A stretch of DNA of 64,000 nt from Candidatus Omnitrophota bacterium (GTDB lineage Bacteria > Omnitrophota > Gorgyraeia > JAHJTE01): positions 135,674 to 199,673 of the forward strand of contig JAHJTE010000003.1 in the NCBI GenBank assembly GCA_018830005.1, in the 5' to 3' direction. Each line of letters begins with the position of its first letter. Positions within the stretch are counted from its first letter, which is position 1. The notes beneath the pieces were generated by a model, which had not been told where the DNA came from, did not search any database, and saw only the letters and a program-made list of their open reading frames with translations. A program made the translations under genes and the position numbers. This document shows positions 62,336 to 64,000 of this stretch, in pieces.

Positions 62336-63913
62336 CTAAATCACCCTGCCTTTAAATGTATCTAAGACATCCTTTAGAAAATCATCTGTCCCGCCCGGCT
62401 CTTGAACCTCTCTATCACCGATAATAACATCTATTCTAATTTTAGCCTGCAGCAGAACTCCTAAAGTCTGCTCAATAAGTTCGCGGTTCTCCTTATGCAC
62501 TAAGAATTCTTTGTGGAAATCTGAGGTCTTAGGAAGAACTAAGGTAATTAGATCCTCCTGGCACTTCTGAGGCTTAGCATCTGCTAGATATGTGGCTACA
62601 GACATCTTCTTCTTGCCAATAGCAATCAGGCATTGCTTCCAGATAGAATTTATCATTTCCAGGCTAACGCTAGCTGTCTCCTTGTTGCCTACATCAGGAG
62701 TATCCTCTTTAGTAGGCTCTTTCTCACTTGAAATCATAAACGAACCACGTTCACTCTTTATAACAGTCGGTATTGTTCTTATAATCGGCTCGACATCAGG
62801 AGCTTTCTTATCTTGATTATGCGCCTTATACGTTAATTTTACAAGAGATACTTCAAGTGGTATACGTAAAGAATTAATTCTCTTTCCCAGCGCCTTAACA
62901 TCAATCAAGACTCCTAAAATATGCAAGATTCTGTCTAGGCTCAATTGTTGGCTCTGTTTGGAAATCGCCTCAATAAATTCTTGAGGTAAATCAACAATGC
63001 CTGTTAATTTAGACGAATCACTAATTCTTGCTATCATAAGATTTCGAAAATGTTCAATTATATTATCCAAAAGCTTACTCAAATCTTTACCACCAGCGAT
63101 TAAGGTATCTAACAGTTTTACCAGTGCAATGCTATCACTTTGAATAATCCTCTTGCTGAATTCAAAAAGTACATCCTGTTCAATTAGGCCTAAGACAGAA
63201 CTTACATCTTTAAGCGATATCTTATCGGCGCTATAAGAGATAAGCTGATCAAGAATCGATTCTGCGTCGCGTAGCGAACCTTCGCAGGCCTTTGCAATGG
63301 AAAGCAGGACTTTTTCATCAATCTTGACATGCTCAGACTTGATTATTTCTTCTAACTTTTGTGTAATCTTTAAGATAGGGATCTTCCTGAAATCAAAACG
63401 CTGACAACGAGACAGGACTGTTGAAGGCACTTTATATGCTTGAGTCGTAGCAAAAATAAATTTAACATGTTCGGGTGGTTCTTCCAGGGTCTTTAGAAGC
63501 GCATTGAACGCCTCAGTAGTAAGCATATGCACTTCATCTATTATATATATCTTGAATCTTCCGGAAGAAGGAGAAAACTTAACATTTTCTCTCAATTGCC
63601 TTATCTCATCAATGCCGCGATTAGAAGCACCATCTATCTCTAAGATATCAAGGTTTGTGCCTTTAGAAATCTCTTCGCAAGTTGAGCATTTATTACAAGG
63701 GTTGGAAGAAATCCCTTTCTGGCAGTTGAGGGCCTTGGCAAGAATGCGGGCGGTAGAAGTCTTTCCCACTCCCCGCGGACCGCAAAAAATATAGGCGTGG
63801 GCTATGCGTTCTGAACTGAGAGCATTCTTGAGTGTTTTTGCGACATGCTCCTGACCTAAAACTTCATCAAAATTTTGTGGTCGCCATTTACGGGCAAAGA
63901 CTATATAAGACAT
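62336..63913 (-). CDS. dnaX: DNA polymerase III subunit gamma/tau
   Basis: ARKWRPQNF, GPRGVGKT, EIDGASNRG, IIDEVHML, SRCQRF. Confidence 0.98.
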   Translation of the reverse strand: MSYIVFARKWRPQNFDEVLGQEHVAKTLKNALSSERIAHAYIFCGPRGVGKTSTARILAKALNCQKGISSNPCNKCSTCEEISKGTNLDILEIDGASNRGIDEIRQLRENVKFSPSSGRFKIYIIDEVHMLTTEAFNALLKTLEEPPEHVKFIFATTQAYKVPSTVLSRCQRFDFRKIPILKITQKLEEIIKSEHVKIDEKVLLSIAKACEGSLRDAESILDQLISYSADKISLKDVSSVLGLIEQDVLFEFSKRIIQSDSIALVKLLDTLIAGGKDLSKLLDNIIEHFRNLMIARISDSSKLTGIVDLPQEFIEAISKQSQQLSLDRILHILGVLIDVKALGKRINSLRIPLEVSLVKLTYKAHNQDKKAPDVEPIIRTIPTVIKSERGSFMISSEKEPTKEDTPDVGNKETASVSLEMINSIWKQCLIAIGKKKMSVATYLADAKPQKCQEDLITLVLPKTSDFHKEFLVHKENRELIEQTLGVLLQAKIRIDVIIGDREVQEPGGTDDFLKDVLDTFKGRVI

Positions 63914-64000
63914 GAGATTGGGTAAGATCTAAAGATAGCTTAAAGGAACAACAAAAAAATTATAGCACAACTAAAAAATTTAAACAAGAATAAGTAATCT

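Noticed and set aside
62332-62336. Missing ybaB/ebfC between dnaX and recR
   Set aside because: Direct dnaX-recR adjacency is a minor gene-order variant and not informative alone.

Overview
Bacterial chromosomal window. The host-like flank at the right end carries dnaX, recR, the AmmeMemoRadiSam genes and a spermidine-synthase-like membrane protein; the taxon cannot be determined from sequence alone. A minus-strand tRNA-Asn(GUU) at 55559-55886 is interrupted at anticodon position 35/36 by a 252-nt group I intron. Everything to its left (about 55.5 kb) appears to be stacked mobile DNA inserted at the tRNA 3' end. (1) A ~43-kb integrative element spans 12583-55567. Its large serine recombinase (LSR) gene is split by integration: rejoining the ends gives a symmetric attP and fuses the LSR in frame to a 130-aa extension with a ParB-like HTH. 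The element also carries an RM/Dnd-like operon lacking dndC, HEPN/MORC/DUF4238 genes, an ECF sigma/anti-sigma/peptidase module, two HerA-like ATPases, a tyrosine recombinase, and many archaeal-looking genes with TATA-box promoters. (2) Left of it lies a tandem, integron-like array of small recombinase-free cassettes: MMPL, B12 radical SAM, a Cys-rich metal module, acr3, an ars operon and a secreted protein. Almost every cassette is delimited by the same junction: a minus-strand terminator, then (TGG)CTCCCC matching the tRNA 3' end, then a conserved attP-like arm. All family assignments come from motif recognition by eye; no database searches were run.
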